DNA of 64,000 nt from Methanosarcinales archaeon (GTDB taxonomy: Archaea > Halobacteriota > UBA148 > JAUWXC01), in the NCBI GenBank assembly GCA_026016205.1, contig CP061209.1:117469-181468 (forward strand), written 5' to 3'. Position 1 is the stretch's first letter, and each line of letters begins with the position of its first letter. The position numbers were made by a program, and so were the translations under genes. A model generated the notes under the pieces. It saw nothing but the letters and a program-made list of their open reading frames with translations. It did not search any database and was not told the origin of the DNA. This document shows positions 47,113 through 57,278 of this stretch, one piece after another.

Positions 47113-48639
47113 ATGACTTTATATCAAAGCAAGCTTCCGATTGGGTTGCCCAAGAAAACAACCTCTATCTGTCCCAAGTGTCGCAAAGTCATAGGAGCAG
47201 ACATCTTTGAGCGGGATGGTGCTGTCTGGATATCCAAGGAATGCCCTGTTCACGGGCATTTTGAGGGCATTTACTGGTCAGACGTTGACATGTATCTAAG
47301 GGCAGAGAAGTACGCATACGACGGCAGGGGCGTTCAGAATCCACGGGTTGCAGCTGCCTCTTCCTGCCCGGATGACTGTGGCCTCTGCAACCTTCACCTG
47401 AGCTCAACGTGTTTGGCAAACATCGACGTGACCAACAGGTGCAATCTATCCTGTGATTTTTGCTTCGCTAATGCTAACGTGCGAGAGTATGTGTATGAAC
47501 CGTCGTTGGAGCAGATAAGGGAGATGATGTCTGTCTTAAGGGACGAACGACCGGTGCCTACCATGGCGATTCAGTTCTCTGGCGGAGAACCAACGCTCAG
47601 AGAAGACCTCCCTGCTCTAATCAAAATGGCCAAGGAAATGGGCTTCTTGCAGGTGCAGATAGCGACCAACGGCATCAAGCTCGGAAGTGAGCCAGAGTTG
47701 GCCCAGACGTTGAGAGACGCCGGGCTGAGCACGGTTTACCTGCACTTTGATGGGATATCTAAAAAGACGGAACCCTTGCTGGAGGTTAGAAAGAAGGCGA
47801 TTGAAAATTGTAGAAAGGCAAAGCAAGGTGTTGTTCTTGTTCCAACCATTGTCAACGGCGTTAACGACCATGAAATAGGGGATACTATCCGTTTTGCGGC
47901 AGAGAACATCGATGTGATACGGGGTGTTAATTTCCAGCCTATTGCATTCACGGGTGCAGCACCTGCCGAGGACATAAAACGGCAGAGGTTTACAATTCCC
48001 GACCTTGCGGATAGAATAGAAAAGCAAACGAACGGAACAATCAAAAAGACCGATCTCTATCCGGTTCCATGCATCGTATCACTATCCAAACTGGTTGAGG
48101 TATATACGAAAGAACCACAGGTCGAGTTCAGTGCCCATCCTCATTGTGGCGTTGCGACATACGCGTTTGTGAGTGACGGCAATATCATTCCCATCAATCG
48201 ATTCGTGGACGTGGACCAATTCTTTTCATCAGTTGACGAGACTGTAGGCCTCTTAAACTCTCCCAGCAGACTCACCAGGGTTCGAGCTACGCTGAAGGGG
48301 TTGAAGGCGTTGAATAAGTGCATACATGAGGACAAACAACCCAAGAATGTGAACCTCAAGTCCATCCTCAAGCAAGTGCTGAAGAAACAGGACTATCTAT
48401 CCTTGAGCAAGTTTCACTGGAATGCGCTGTTCATAGGGTCAATGCACTTTCAGGATGCCTACAACTACGATATTGAGCGGGTGAAAAGATGCGTAATTCA
48501 TTATGTAACGCCTGACCCAGAGCGAAGGATAATACCATTCTGCGCCTATAATTCAGGCCCAACCTTTAGAAACGAAATCGAACAGAAATACAGCATTCCT
48601 CTGGATGAATGGGAAAGGCAGCACGGCAAGGTGAAATGA
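47113..48639 (+). CDS. radical SAM enzyme with extra N-terminal Cys clusters, tetraether lipid synthase (Tes/GDGT-MAS)-like
   Basis: 'CNLSCDFC' CxxxCxxC, 'FSGGEPTL'; N-terminal 'CPKC...CPVHG' and 'CPDDCGLC...C'; about 508 aa; adjacent to carS. Tes assignment is inferred from size, cluster count and context. Confidence 0.5.
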   Translation: MTLYQSKLPIGLPKKTTSICPKCRKVIGADIFERDGAVWISKECPVHGHFEGIYWSDVDMYLRAEKYAYDGRGVQNPRVAAASSCPDDCGLCNLHLSSTCLANIDVTNRCNLSCDFCFANANVREYVYEPSLEQIREMMSVLRDERPVPTMAIQFSGGEPTLREDLPALIKMAKEMGFLQVQIATNGIKLGSEPELAQTLRDAGLSTVYLHFDGISKKTEPLLEVRKKAIENCRKAKQGVVLVPTIVNGVNDHEIGDTIRFAAENIDVIRGVNFQPIAFTGAAPAEDIKRQRFTIPDLADRIEKQTNGTIKKTDLYPVPCIVSLSKLVEVYTKEPQVEFSAHPHCGVATYAFVSDGNIIPINRFVDVDQFFSSVDETVGLLNSPSRLTRVRATLKGLKALNKCIHEDKQPKNVNLKSILKQVLKKQDYLSLSKFHWNALFIGSMHFQDAYNYDIERVKRCVIHYVTPDPERRIIPFCAYNSGPTFRNEIEQKYSIPLDEWERQHGKVK

Positions 48640-48640
48640 C

Positions 48641-49870
48641 TTGAAGTTAAGCGAAATAGACCCCGAGGTGGCAAAAGCCATTGCAGATGAAAAGACGCGC
48701 GAACAATCTGGATTGCAGTTGATCGCTTCCGAGAATTTTGCGAGCGAAGCCGTGCTGGAGGCGCAGGGTTCTGTCATGACGAATAAGTACGCCGAAGGGT
48801 ATCCGTCGAGGAGATATTATGGCGGCTGCGAATACATGGATATAGTGGAGAGTTTAGCCATAGAGCGGGCGAAGAAACTTTTCGGTGCCGAGCATGCGAA
48901 CGTTCAGCCTCATGCAGGGGCGCTGGCCAATATGGCCGTGTATTTTGCTATATTAGACGCGGGCGATACCATTATGGGCATGGAGCTTTCCCACGGTGGA
49001 CATTTGACGCACGGCTGTCCCGTGAACTTCTCTGGGAAATTCTACAACGCCGTTTCGTATGGTGTAGATAGAGAGACGCAGAGAATCGACTATGATCAAG
49101 TAAGAAAGTTAGCGAAGGAGCACAAGCCCAAACTTATCATAGCGGGAGCCAGCGCGTATCCAAGGGAGATTGATTTTGCTGAATTCAGGAAAATTGCCGA
49201 CGAAGTTGGCGCATACCTGATGGTGGATATGGCTCATATCGCCGGGTTGATAGCTGCTGGGCTGCATCAAAATCCTGTGCCGCACTCGCATTTCGTCACG
49301 AGCACGACGCACAAAACACTGCGTGGAGCAAGAGGGGGCTTTATTCTCTGCAAGGAGGAGTTCGCCAAGGCCATTGATAAAACCGTATTTCCAGGCATCC
49401 AGGGAGGTCCACTGATGCACGCCATCGCCGCTAAAGCAGTGACGTTCAAGCAGGCGATGACACCCTCTTTTAAGGAATATCAAAAACAGGTTGTCAAGAA
49501 CGCCAAGGTGCTGGCCGAGGCGCTGGTGGAGCGTGGATTCACTCTTGTATCAGGTGGAACTGACAACCACCTGCTATTGATCGACCTAACCGATAAGGGA
49601 ATTACAGGCAAGGAGGCAGAGGTGGCATTAGGCGAGGTAGGCATCGTCATCAACAAGAATACCATTCCTTTTGATACTCTCAGCCCATTCGTCACCTCTG
49701 GCATACGAATAGGCACGCCTGCCGTTACCACAAGCGGGATGAAAGAGGGCGAGATGAGGCAAATAGCAGACATGGTTAGCCTAACCCTCCTCAACATCGA
49801 TGATAATGCTACGAGGAACCGGGTTAAAAAAGAGGTGGCAGAACTGTGCAACAAATTCCCACTGTACTGA
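48641..49870 (+). CDS. glyA: serine hydroxymethyltransferase
   Basis: SHMT blocks ('LIASENF', 'THKTLRG' with PLP-Lys); TTG start 1 nt after the rSAM stop. Confidence 0.9.
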   Translation: MKLSEIDPEVAKAIADEKTREQSGLQLIASENFASEAVLEAQGSVMTNKYAEGYPSRRYYGGCEYMDIVESLAIERAKKLFGAEHANVQPHAGALANMAVYFAILDAGDTIMGMELSHGGHLTHGCPVNFSGKFYNAVSYGVDRETQRIDYDQVRKLAKEHKPKLIIAGASAYPREIDFAEFRKIADEVGAYLMVDMAHIAGLIAAGLHQNPVPHSHFVTSTTHKTLRGARGGFILCKEEFAKAIDKTVFPGIQGGPLMHAIAAKAVTFKQAMTPSFKEYQKQVVKNAKVLAEALVERGFTLVSGGTDNHLLLIDLTDKGITGKEAEVALGEVGIVINKNTIPFDTLSPFVTSGIRIGTPAVTTSGMKEGEMRQIADMVSLTLLNIDDNATRNRVKKEVAELCNKFPLY

Positions 49871-49880
49871 GGGATTTACC

Positions 49881-50723
49881 ATGATTATTGACGGTACTCA
49901 AATTGCTGCCAGTATTCAGAAAGAGTTAATTCATGACGTCAAACGATTAAAGGATGAGCATCATTTGACTCCAGGACTGGCCACTATTTTGGTCGGTGAT
50001 GATTCCGCCTCCCGGGTATATGTATTGATGAAGAAGAAGGCGTGTGAAAAAATTGGCATTTATTACGAGGAGCACACTTTTCCGGGAGATGCTAAAGAGG
50101 AAGAAATAGTTCGCCTTATTCAACGATTAAATCAGGACGAGAGAATTCATGGAATCCTGGTGCAGCTACCCCTTCCGTCTCACCTAGACGAGCCCTCGGT
50201 ATTGTGCAGCATCACCCCTCAGAAAGACGTGGATGGATTTCATCCTGTTAACATGGGCAAGTTACTAACTGGCGACGAGGGTATGGCGCCATGCACTCCT
50301 TCAGGCATCATAACGCTGTTGGAGAAGATGGGCATTGAAGTCGCAGGCAAGCGCGCCGTCGTTGTGGGACGGAGCAACATCGTTGGCAAGCCTGTAGCAC
50401 TAATGCTCCTGAACAGGGATGCGACGGTCACGATTTGCCACTCAAAGACGAAGGATTTGGGGCGATACACCATGCAGGCAGATATCCTGGTCGTCGCCAT
50501 CGGGCGTGCAAAATTTATAACCGAAGACATGGTGAAGGAGGGCGTAGCAGTCATCGATGTCGGGATCAATAGAGTCGGCGGCAAACTGTGCGGCGATGTC
50601 GACTTTGAGCGCGTGAAGAAAAAGGCATCCGCCATAACGCCCGTGCCAGGGGGAGTGGGCCCCATGACAGTTGCCATGCTCATGAAAAATACTGTAACTG
50701 CAGCCAAGAACACGCTGAAGTAG
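49881..50723 (+). CDS. folD: bifunctional methylenetetrahydrofolate dehydrogenase/cyclohydrolase
   Basis: 'VGDDSASRVYV', 'VVGRSNIVGKP', 'PVPGGVGPMTVAML' blocks; start taken at MIIDGTQ. Confidence 0.85.
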   Translation: MIIDGTQIAASIQKELIHDVKRLKDEHHLTPGLATILVGDDSASRVYVLMKKKACEKIGIYYEEHTFPGDAKEEEIVRLIQRLNQDERIHGILVQLPLPSHLDEPSVLCSITPQKDVDGFHPVNMGKLLTGDEGMAPCTPSGIITLLEKMGIEVAGKRAVVVGRSNIVGKPVALMLLNRDATVTICHSKTKDLGRYTMQADILVVAIGRAKFITEDMVKEGVAVIDVGINRVGGKLCGDVDFERVKKKASAITPVPGGVGPMTVAMLMKNTVTAAKNTLK

Positions 50724-50733
50724 GTCGATTTTC

Positions 50734-51339
50734 TTGCGCAAGATAAACATAGCCATTTTAACATCAAATACGGCAGGGAATTTGCAGTCCATCATCGAGC
50801 ACATGGAGAGAGGCACGCTGAACGTTAACATTTCCGTGATAATCGGCGATAATTCCAATTCACCGGGTCTAAAAATCGCCAGGGAGCATGACGTTGAGAG
50901 CATATGCATACCATATGAAGGCAATAGAGGGGGGCACGAGAAAGAAATTCTTTCATGTTTAAAGGAGCATGCCGTTGATTTAGTCATACTTGACGGCTAT
51001 ATGCGAATATTCTCGCCATCTTTTGTGAGAACTTATAAGAATAGAATTATGAATGTCCATCCATCGTTGTTGCCATCCTTCTCTGGCAGGAATGCATGGG
51101 AGCAGGCGCTGGACCACGGCGTCAAGGTTTCTGGGTGCACGATTCACTTCGCGGACGAGGGCATCGACACAGGTCCAATAATCTTGCAGGCTCCTGTTCA
51201 AGTCAGGGAAGATGACACTGTGGAGACGCTCAAGGAGCGGATTTTAGTTGAGGAAAAAAAACTTTACCCCGAGGCGATTAGACTCTTTGTGGAAGGTCGA
51301 CTAAAAGTAGAAGGGAGAAACGTCAAAATCAAGCATTGA
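50734..51339 (+). CDS. purN: phosphoribosylglycinamide formyltransferase
   Basis: 'NVHPSLLPSFSG', 'GCTIHFADEGIDTGPII' blocks; TTG start. Confidence 0.8.
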   Translation: MRKINIAILTSNTAGNLQSIIEHMERGTLNVNISVIIGDNSNSPGLKIAREHDVESICIPYEGNRGGHEKEILSCLKEHAVDLVILDGYMRIFSPSFVRTYKNRIMNVHPSLLPSFSGRNAWEQALDHGVKVSGCTIHFADEGIDTGPIILQAPVQVREDDTVETLKERILVEEKKLYPEAIRLFVEGRLKVEGRNVKIKH

Positions 51340-51613
51340 GCATCTTCTTCTTGCGGAGTATGCCCAAGGTTATCACTACTCCTGAAAGCAGGACCCATGT
51401 GACAATGTCCATGAGCAAACCATGCCAGATTATCTCTTTGGTGGCGCTAGGATAGACGACCTGCTTCAGCCATGCAAAGGGAACGCCCCAGTAAGATACG
51501 CCGATTAGGTTCAAAAATGGCGTTCGACAAAACCCCGTGAAAGTTGCCATAATAACCCCGACCACGGTCGACCATACGACTATCTCACAAACAGCTGTTC
51601 TAGTTATCTTCAT
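51329..51613 (-). CDS. small membrane protein (3 TM), hypothetical
   Basis: hydrophobic 94-aa ORF in an otherwise uncalled gap; no motif recognised. Confidence 0.3.
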   Translation of the reverse strand: MKITRTAVCEIVVWSTVVGVIMATFTGFCRTPFLNLIGVSYWGVPFAWLKQVVYPSATKEIIWHGLLMDIVTWVLLSGVVITLGILRKKKMLNA

Positions 51614-51746
51614 GGTGAATGTTTATCTTGGTATTTTTACACATTTAAAGATATTGTTGCCCTCAAAGTTCTGCGCGAGGAGTTGCAACATCGAAGCGGG
51701 CGAAATACCAAATTTTAAGAGATGTCACATAGTTATAAAATATGAC

Positions 51747-52988
51747 ATGAAAGCGCAAATTGAGAACGCCGTTCAGGGCACGATTACGAAGGAAATGAGG
51801 CACGTCGCGCTCGAAGAAGGTGTCGATGTGGAAATCATACGGCAACGTGTAGCCAATGGTCAAATTGTCATCATGGGCCATCGACATCCCGTTGGCATTG
51901 GCAGAGGGCTCAGGACGAAGATCAACGCAAACATCGGCACATCCTCGGTGGCAGTTGATTCAGAGCTCGAGGCACAAAAGGCGGTTATCGCCGTGAAATA
52001 CGGTGCAGATACTATATCAGATCTCTCGATGGGCGGTGATATTGTCCAGATAAGGCGAAGTATCTTACAGGCAGTTCCCGTACCACTGACGACGGTGCCG
52101 ATATATCAAACCGTGGCAGAACACGGTTCAGTTTGTCCCATAACCCAGGAAGACATCATCGAAACCATTCGAAAACAGGTGAAGGAGGGAGTGAGCTCAG
52201 TGGTCATACATGCTGGTCTCACGTTAGAGATGCTATCGATGCTGAGAGAGGCGCAGCGCGTCATGGGAATAGTCTCCAAAGGAGGGTCGCTCACCTCAGC
52301 ATGGATGATCGAGCACGAGAGCGAGAATCCGTTCTTGGAGAACTTCGATGAGATACTTGAGATTTTGCGTGCCAAGGATACGGTACTTTCATTGGGAAAT
52401 GCGATGAGGAGCGGGTGCATACATGATAGGAGGGACAATCCACAACTCCTGGAGATTCGCAAAAATGCAGTTCTTGCAGAACAGGCAAACAAGGCAGGTG
52501 TTCAGGCAATCGTTGAAGGCATGGGCGGTCACGTCTGGGTCGGTGACATTGAAAAGTATGTCAGGTATCACAAGGATGTCATCGATAACCGACCGCTTTT
52601 TGTTGCTGGGCCATTGCCCATTGATGTCGCGGTGGGCTACGATCACATCGCTGCCTGCGTTGGCGCCAGTCTCGCAAGTGGAGCCGGCGCCGATTACCTC
52701 TGCGCTGTAACGCCATCCGAGCACCTTGCCCTGCCAAATCTCAATCAGGTTAAGGTGGGCGTGATCGCTTTTCGCATCGCCGCTCACATTGGCGACTCTA
52801 TAAAATATGGTCCATCTGATAAAGATCTCGAGCTGGCCAGGATGCGTCGCAGTCGTGATTGGGAAGGTCAGTTCGAACTCGCTCTCGATGGAGAACGGGC
52901 GCGAGAAATACATCCTCCGATCAAAGGATGCACGATGTGCGGAGAATACTGTGCTCTGGAGTTCATGGATCGGTACCTTGGAGGTTGA
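51747..52988 (+). CDS. thiC: phosphomethylpyrimidine synthase
   Basis: ThiC blocks; C-terminal 'CTMCGEYCALEF' Fe-S motif; start taken at MKAQIENA. Confidence 0.85.
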   Translation: MKAQIENAVQGTITKEMRHVALEEGVDVEIIRQRVANGQIVIMGHRHPVGIGRGLRTKINANIGTSSVAVDSELEAQKAVIAVKYGADTISDLSMGGDIVQIRRSILQAVPVPLTTVPIYQTVAEHGSVCPITQEDIIETIRKQVKEGVSSVVIHAGLTLEMLSMLREAQRVMGIVSKGGSLTSAWMIEHESENPFLENFDEILEILRAKDTVLSLGNAMRSGCIHDRRDNPQLLEIRKNAVLAEQANKAGVQAIVEGMGGHVWVGDIEKYVRYHKDVIDNRPLFVAGPLPIDVAVGYDHIAACVGASLASGAGADYLCAVTPSEHLALPNLNQVKVGVIAFRIAAHIGDSIKYGPSDKDLELARMRRSRDWEGQFELALDGERAREIHPPIKGCTMCGEYCALEFMDRYLGG

Positions 52989-52995
52989 TTTGTAA

Positions 52996-53937
52996 ATGTC
53001 AGAAAAACAACGTTTGAATTTGGACTTCGAAAAAGTTCAGGACCTGCGCTACGGTGAAAATCCACATCAAAAAGCTGCTCTGTATCGCGACCCCGCATTT
53101 AGTGGCGCATGTGTTGTCAATGCTACCCAACTTCATGGAAAGGAGTTGTCGTTCAACAACATTGTTGATTTGGATGCTGCCCTCGAGTTTGTGAAAGAAT
53201 TTGAAAAGCCCGTGGTCGCAATCATCAAACATACCAATCCGTGTGGTGTTGCGTGCGGCGAAACAGTTTTAGAGGCATATCAAAAGGCACACGCATGCGA
53301 CCCACTCTCTGCGTTTGGCGGCATCGTTGCGCTGAACCGGGAATGTGACGCCGAAACCGCAAAAGAAATCACGTCGACATTCAAGGAGGCGGTAATCGCT
53401 CCCTGTTATGAGGGGGCAGCCCTGGAAATTTTGAAACAGAAGAAGAATTTGAGGCTGTTGGAGATAGGCCCCCTCAGCAAAACATCTGAACTGGATATGA
53501 AAAAGATTGTGGGAGGATTATTGGTTCAAGATAGGGACACGATGGATATTGGCGATTTGAAAACTGTGACCAAGAGGGCGCCAGATAAGGAAGAAACGGA
53601 TGCCATGCTCTTCGCATGGAAAGTCGCCAAGCACGTGAAATCCAATGCAATCGTCCTTGCCAGAGATGAGCAAACGGTTGGTGTTGGCGCGGGGCAGATG
53701 AGTCGAGTGGATACTGTCGAGATGGCTGTGAGAAAGGCAGGAGAACGGTCTAAAGGCGCTAGTCTGGCTTCGGACGCCTTCTTTCCATTCAGGGATGCGA
53801 TAGACGCAGCCTCTCAAGCAGGAATCACGGCCATCATCCAACCGGGCGGCTCTATCAGAGATGATGAAGTGGTCAGGGCGGCAGATGAACACAATATAGC
53901 GATGGTCTTTACTGGAGTACGACACTTCAGGCATTAG
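52996..53937 (+). CDS. purH: AICAR transformylase domain protein (PurH C-terminal-type, stand-alone)
   Basis: AICARFT blocks ('YGENPHQ', '[11 protein letters not shown]', 'GGSIRDDEV'); about 313 aa, no IMP cyclohydrolase/MGS domain. Confidence 0.75.
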   Translation: MSEKQRLNLDFEKVQDLRYGENPHQKAALYRDPAFSGACVVNATQLHGKELSFNNIVDLDAALEFVKEFEKPVVAIIKHTNPCGVACGETVLEAYQKAHACDPLSAFGGIVALNRECDAETAKEITSTFKEAVIAPCYEGAALEILKQKKNLRLLEIGPLSKTSELDMKKIVGGLLVQDRDTMDIGDLKTVTKRAPDKEETDAMLFAWKVAKHVKSNAIVLARDEQTVGVGAGQMSRVDTVEMAVRKAGERSKGASLASDAFFPFRDAIDAASQAGITAIIQPGGSIRDDEVVRAADEHNIAMVFTGVRHFRH

Positions 53938-53945
53938 GTGATGTC

Positions 53946-55178
53946 ATGTTGCCCATTGATACCGAGATTGCTGGCATAAAAATAGGCGACCCCCATCCTA
54001 CCAGGCTCATGGGTATAATCAATCTAAGCGAGGAATCATTTTACAAGGGTTCGATTGTTCGCGCTGAGCATGTTGCGGAGGCGGCGATTAAAATGGTCGA
54101 AGGGGGCGCTGATATGCTTGACATCGGCGCGCGCTCCACCGCTCCGGGCGTGAACCCCATCTCGATAGAGGAGGAAGAGAAACGACTTTTGCCTGCCTTA
54201 AAAGATGTTTTGGGCGCAGTTGACGTGCCGGTTTCAGTTGATACGCAATACGCGGGCATTGCTGAAAAAGCGCTTAGGTTAGGCGCACACATCATCAATG
54301 ACATCAGCGGGCTGAAAACGGACTCCAACATGGCGAGCATCGTATCTGATTTTGATGTGCCGGTTGTATTGATGGCATCCAAGAAAAAACCAGGCGACTG
54401 TCTCACTTTCCAGGACATTAAAACAGCGTTAAGTGAAAGCATTACCTTGGCTGAAAAGAGCGGAATAGACAAAATCATCATCGACCCTGGCATTGGCAGA
54501 TGGGTTCCTGAAAAAACATACGAGTTTAATCTGGCAATCGTAAGCGATTTTGAAAGATTCAGGGCACTTGGAAAACCGGTTTTAGTTGCCATATCGCGCA
54601 AGTCATTCATCGGTGATGTTCTCGGCATAGAAAATCCAGCAGACCGACTGGCTGGAACCCTTGCCTGCACAGCAATAGCCGTGTACAAAGGCGCGCACAT
54701 CATACGAACGCATGATGTGGAGGAAACTATGGGCATAATCCGAATGTCAGAATCCATTAAGGGCAAACCAATCACAGGGGAAAAGGAAAATTATCGAGCA
54801 TCTGTGGTTGATTACGTGAAAAAGCCGAAAGATTCTATCGAACTGATGAAATCGCTCAATGTGACTGGAGCTGGTGCAGAAATTATGAAAGACAAAGCAG
54901 TCTCCAAACTGATACTTCTCCAAAACGTCGCTGCACCAGAGGCGTTAATCATCAAGCAGGAAATGCTGGCAAGAGGAGGAGATGCAGCCACGTCAAGGGA
55001 GGCGATACTGGGAGCGAAGAATCCAGTGGACGTCCTCATCATCGGCACGGTGGCGCAGATCCAGAGTCTGATTCAAAAATTGAGAATGCAGGCGCTCAAC
55101 CTACCTAAAATCAGCGATTTGCTGGAAGAGTTGCTTGAAAAAGAGGATGATGTAGGGTATCGTTATTCGCGAGGGTGA
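53946..55178 (+). CDS. dihydropteroate synthase-family (pterin-binding) protein with ~150-aa C-terminal extension
   Basis: DHPS N-terminus 'MGIINLSEESFYKGS', 'DIGARSTAPG', 'ISRKSFIG'; extra C-terminal domain of unknown function. Confidence 0.75.
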   Translation: MLPIDTEIAGIKIGDPHPTRLMGIINLSEESFYKGSIVRAEHVAEAAIKMVEGGADMLDIGARSTAPGVNPISIEEEEKRLLPALKDVLGAVDVPVSVDTQYAGIAEKALRLGAHIINDISGLKTDSNMASIVSDFDVPVVLMASKKKPGDCLTFQDIKTALSESITLAEKSGIDKIIIDPGIGRWVPEKTYEFNLAIVSDFERFRALGKPVLVAISRKSFIGDVLGIENPADRLAGTLACTAIAVYKGAHIIRTHDVEETMGIIRMSESIKGKPITGEKENYRASVVDYVKKPKDSIELMKSLNVTGAGAEIMKDKAVSKLILLQNVAAPEALIIKQEMLARGGDAATSREAILGAKNPVDVLIIGTVAQIQSLIQKLRMQALNLPKISDLLEELLEKEDDVGYRYSRG

Positions 55179-55225
55179 TCTTGTAGCGTCATGCTTGAAG
55201 TCGGCCCACAACTCTTAAGTAGTTT

Positions 55226-55281
55226 GTTGTAAAAATACAACATATGTTGTGAAAAAGCAACAAGTGTTACAAAAATGCAAC
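55226..55281. promoter_or_regulatory. three 16-bp palindromic operator-like sites at 20-bp spacing (GTTGTAAAAATACAAC / GTTGTGAAAAAGCAAC / GTTACAAAAATGCAAC); the third overlaps the ATG of the MNT gene
   Basis: seen directly in sequence at 55226-55241, 55246-55261, 55266-55281. Confidence 0.55.
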
Positions 55282-55871
55282 TAATAGAAAATTTACTGGG
55301 CAGCAAGACGAAGATTAAAGTATTGAGAAAGTTTGTCCAGAACAGAGACTGGACGTTTAATCTGACAGAGTTATCCAAAGATCTGGACATCAATAAGGGC
55401 AACTTGAGCAGGGTTTTAGGCGATTTCGAAAAGGAGAAAATAGTGAGCGTTGTGAGAAAGGGTAGAATAAAACTATTCAAGCTGGATTTGAATGACAAAT
55501 TTGTGAAGGATCTATTGATACCCCTTTTTGAACTGGAGGAAAGAATTTTCCAGAGTGTAGAAGAAAGGTTAAAAACCATCGATGCCGAATCTACGGTTTT
55601 GTATGGATCTTTTGCTAGAAAAGAGGCCAGGCCATGTTCTGATATCGATGTAATGGTTTTGGTTAGGGATAAAAAAGATGTTGGGCGGATGGCGAAAAAG
55701 GTTGAAAAGCTCTCAGAGGAATTTCTGGAAGAGAATTTAATTCTTTTTGTCGATGTGATGGCCGTTTCAGAATTTAAAAAGTTGTACGAGCGGGATGAAC
55801 CCTTAATCAAAAAGATCGTCAAAGAGGGAAAAGTTTTGTCTGGAAAGGATACACTAGAGGTGATCAGGTGA
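55275..55871 (+). CDS. nucleotidyltransferase (MNT) with N-terminal wHTH, antitoxin-like
   Basis: 'LYGSFARKEARPCSDIDVMVLV' NTase motif; N-terminal wHTH-like region; 4-nt overlap with downstream HEPN. Confidence 0.7.
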   Translation: MQLIENLLGSKTKIKVLRKFVQNRDWTFNLTELSKDLDINKGNLSRVLGDFEKEKIVSVVRKGRIKLFKLDLNDKFVKDLLIPLFELEERIFQSVEERLKTIDAESTVLYGSFARKEARPCSDIDVMVLVRDKKDVGRMAKKVEKLSEEFLEENLILFVDVMAVSEFKKLYERDEPLIKKIVKEGKVLSGKDTLEVIR

Positions 55872-56251
55872 GAATAGAATCAAAAGAAAATGCTTCACAA
55901 AGATTGAAGGATGCGTTGGAGTTCCTAAACTCTGCTATGGATAACTTGGACAAAAACAGATTTAAAGCGGCTCTGGTAGATGCCGCTGATGCTTCTATTG
56001 CTGCTAACGATGCGTTTACGATTTTTATGATAGAGCAAAAAGCTAGTACAGATCATTGGGAGGCAATCGCAATGCACAAAAAAGCGGGACAGAAGGTAAG
56101 TGAAAATAGAGTTGCGATATTAAAAAGGCTCATAGACTTCAGACATAAGAAGGGCTACAGATCTGTAAGTGTATCGAAATCGCTTGCCGCTCAATGTGTT
56201 GCGGATGCGACGAAATTCGTAAGATGGGTTCAAGAGAAAATGAGTTATTGA
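55868..56251 (+). CDS. HEPN-domain protein, toxin-like
   Basis: 'LIDFRHKKGY' Rx4-6H motif; about 127 aa. Confidence 0.6.
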   Translation: MRIESKENASQRLKDALEFLNSAMDNLDKNRFKAALVDAADASIAANDAFTIFMIEQKASTDHWEAIAMHKKAGQKVSENRVAILKRLIDFRHKKGYRSVSVSKSLAAQCVADATKFVRWVQEKMSY

Positions 56252-56415
56252 TCTTTGTATTTTGCCATCCAACTCGTCTATATTCGATCTACATCTCTTT
56301 GAATACGGGCATCGCAGTACTCTCTCAGCCTGCAACTCATGCATCTTGCCTATATGCAGCGAAAGTATCCTCATATCAGAAATCATTTAAGGTCAGGCGA
56401 AGTAATTCGCAATAG

Positions 56416-57225
56416 GTGAAGGTCTTGGATCGCATGATTCTATATCCTCTCAAAACGCCCTTGATTAAGCCTGGTGACGATTTGATTGAGATATTGATGG
56501 GCACGCTGGAAAAAGAACGATTAAATCTTGAAAATGGAGACGTTATTGTCATCGCCGAGTCAGCAGTTGCTACTGCTCAAGGAAGGCTGCGTAAACTGGA
56601 TGACGTTGTTCCTTCTGATAAAGCGAGGAAAATGGCGGACAGGTACGAGATGGAGTCACGCATTGTTGAAATCATCCTGCAGGAGGCAGATGAGATTTTC
56701 GGCGGCATGAAGAAGATTTTACTGACGATTAAGAACGGCTGGTTTACCGCTAACGCGGGCGTGGATACATCTAATGCCCCCCCTGGCTATGTGGTGTTAC
56801 AGCCTGAGCGACCGGAAGAAACCGCGGAGCAAACCAAGAATGACATCGAAAAAAGATCAGGAAAAAAGATAGGAGTCATAATCGCCGACAGCAGGACCAT
56901 CCCGCTTAAAAAAGGTGTGATAGGTGTTGCGTTGGCGACAGCGGGCATAGAGTCGGTGGAAGATGTCAGGGGCAGGAAGGACTTGTTCGGAAGAAAATTG
57001 CAGGTGACATTCAGGGCAATAGCCGATGATATGGCGTCTGCTGCCCAACTCCTCATGGGGGAAGCTGATGAACAGACGCCAGCAGTTCTCATAAGGGGCG
57101 CTCCAGTCAAGTTGGCGAAAGAGCCAGCGGAGAAGATGAATATGTCTCCAGAGGAATGTTTGTATATGAATGTCTTCGCCTCACACCAAAACGTCAAGGC
57201 ACATGGCAAGAAAGATAGGAGTTAG
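56416..57225 (+). CDS. cofE: coenzyme F420-0:L-glutamate ligase
   Basis: CofE family blocks ('VIVIAESAVATAQGR', 'NAGVDTSNAP', 'GVIIADSRT'); about 269 aa. Confidence 0.8.
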   Translation: MKVLDRMILYPLKTPLIKPGDDLIEILMGTLEKERLNLENGDVIVIAESAVATAQGRLRKLDDVVPSDKARKMADRYEMESRIVEIILQEADEIFGGMKKILLTIKNGWFTANAGVDTSNAPPGYVVLQPERPEETAEQTKNDIEKRSGKKIGVIIADSRTIPLKKGVIGVALATAGIESVEDVRGRKDLFGRKLQVTFRAIADDMASAAQLLMGEADEQTPAVLIRGAPVKLAKEPAEKMNMSPEECLYMNVFASHQNVKAHGKKDRS

Positions 57226-57245
57226 GCGCAGTCTCTATATCGTTA

Positions 57246-57253
57246 GTTTAAAT
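57246..57253 (+). promoter_or_regulatory. TATA box (tttaaata) about 27-33 nt upstream of tRNA-Gln
   Basis: archaeal tRNA promoter geometry. Confidence 0.45.
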
Positions 57254-57278
57254 ATGTATCATGAAGAATAAAATATAC

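Noticed and set aside
51614-51746. Possible TPP riboswitch upstream of thiC
   Set aside because: No CUGAGA / ACCUGAUCUGG-type conserved TPP aptamer segments visible. Only TATA-like elements.
55163-55822. 219-aa minus-strand ORF across the MNT gene
   Set aside because: Low-complexity Ser/Leu/Phe-rich antisense frame of an AT-rich region. The plus-strand MNT and HEPN genes carry the real motifs.
56120-56415. ORFs 56120-56386(-) and 56194-56415(+) downstream of HEPN
   Set aside because: Mutually overlapping and overlapping the HEPN C-terminus; no motifs. Region more likely the 3' UTR or terminator of the TA operon plus the cofE promoter.
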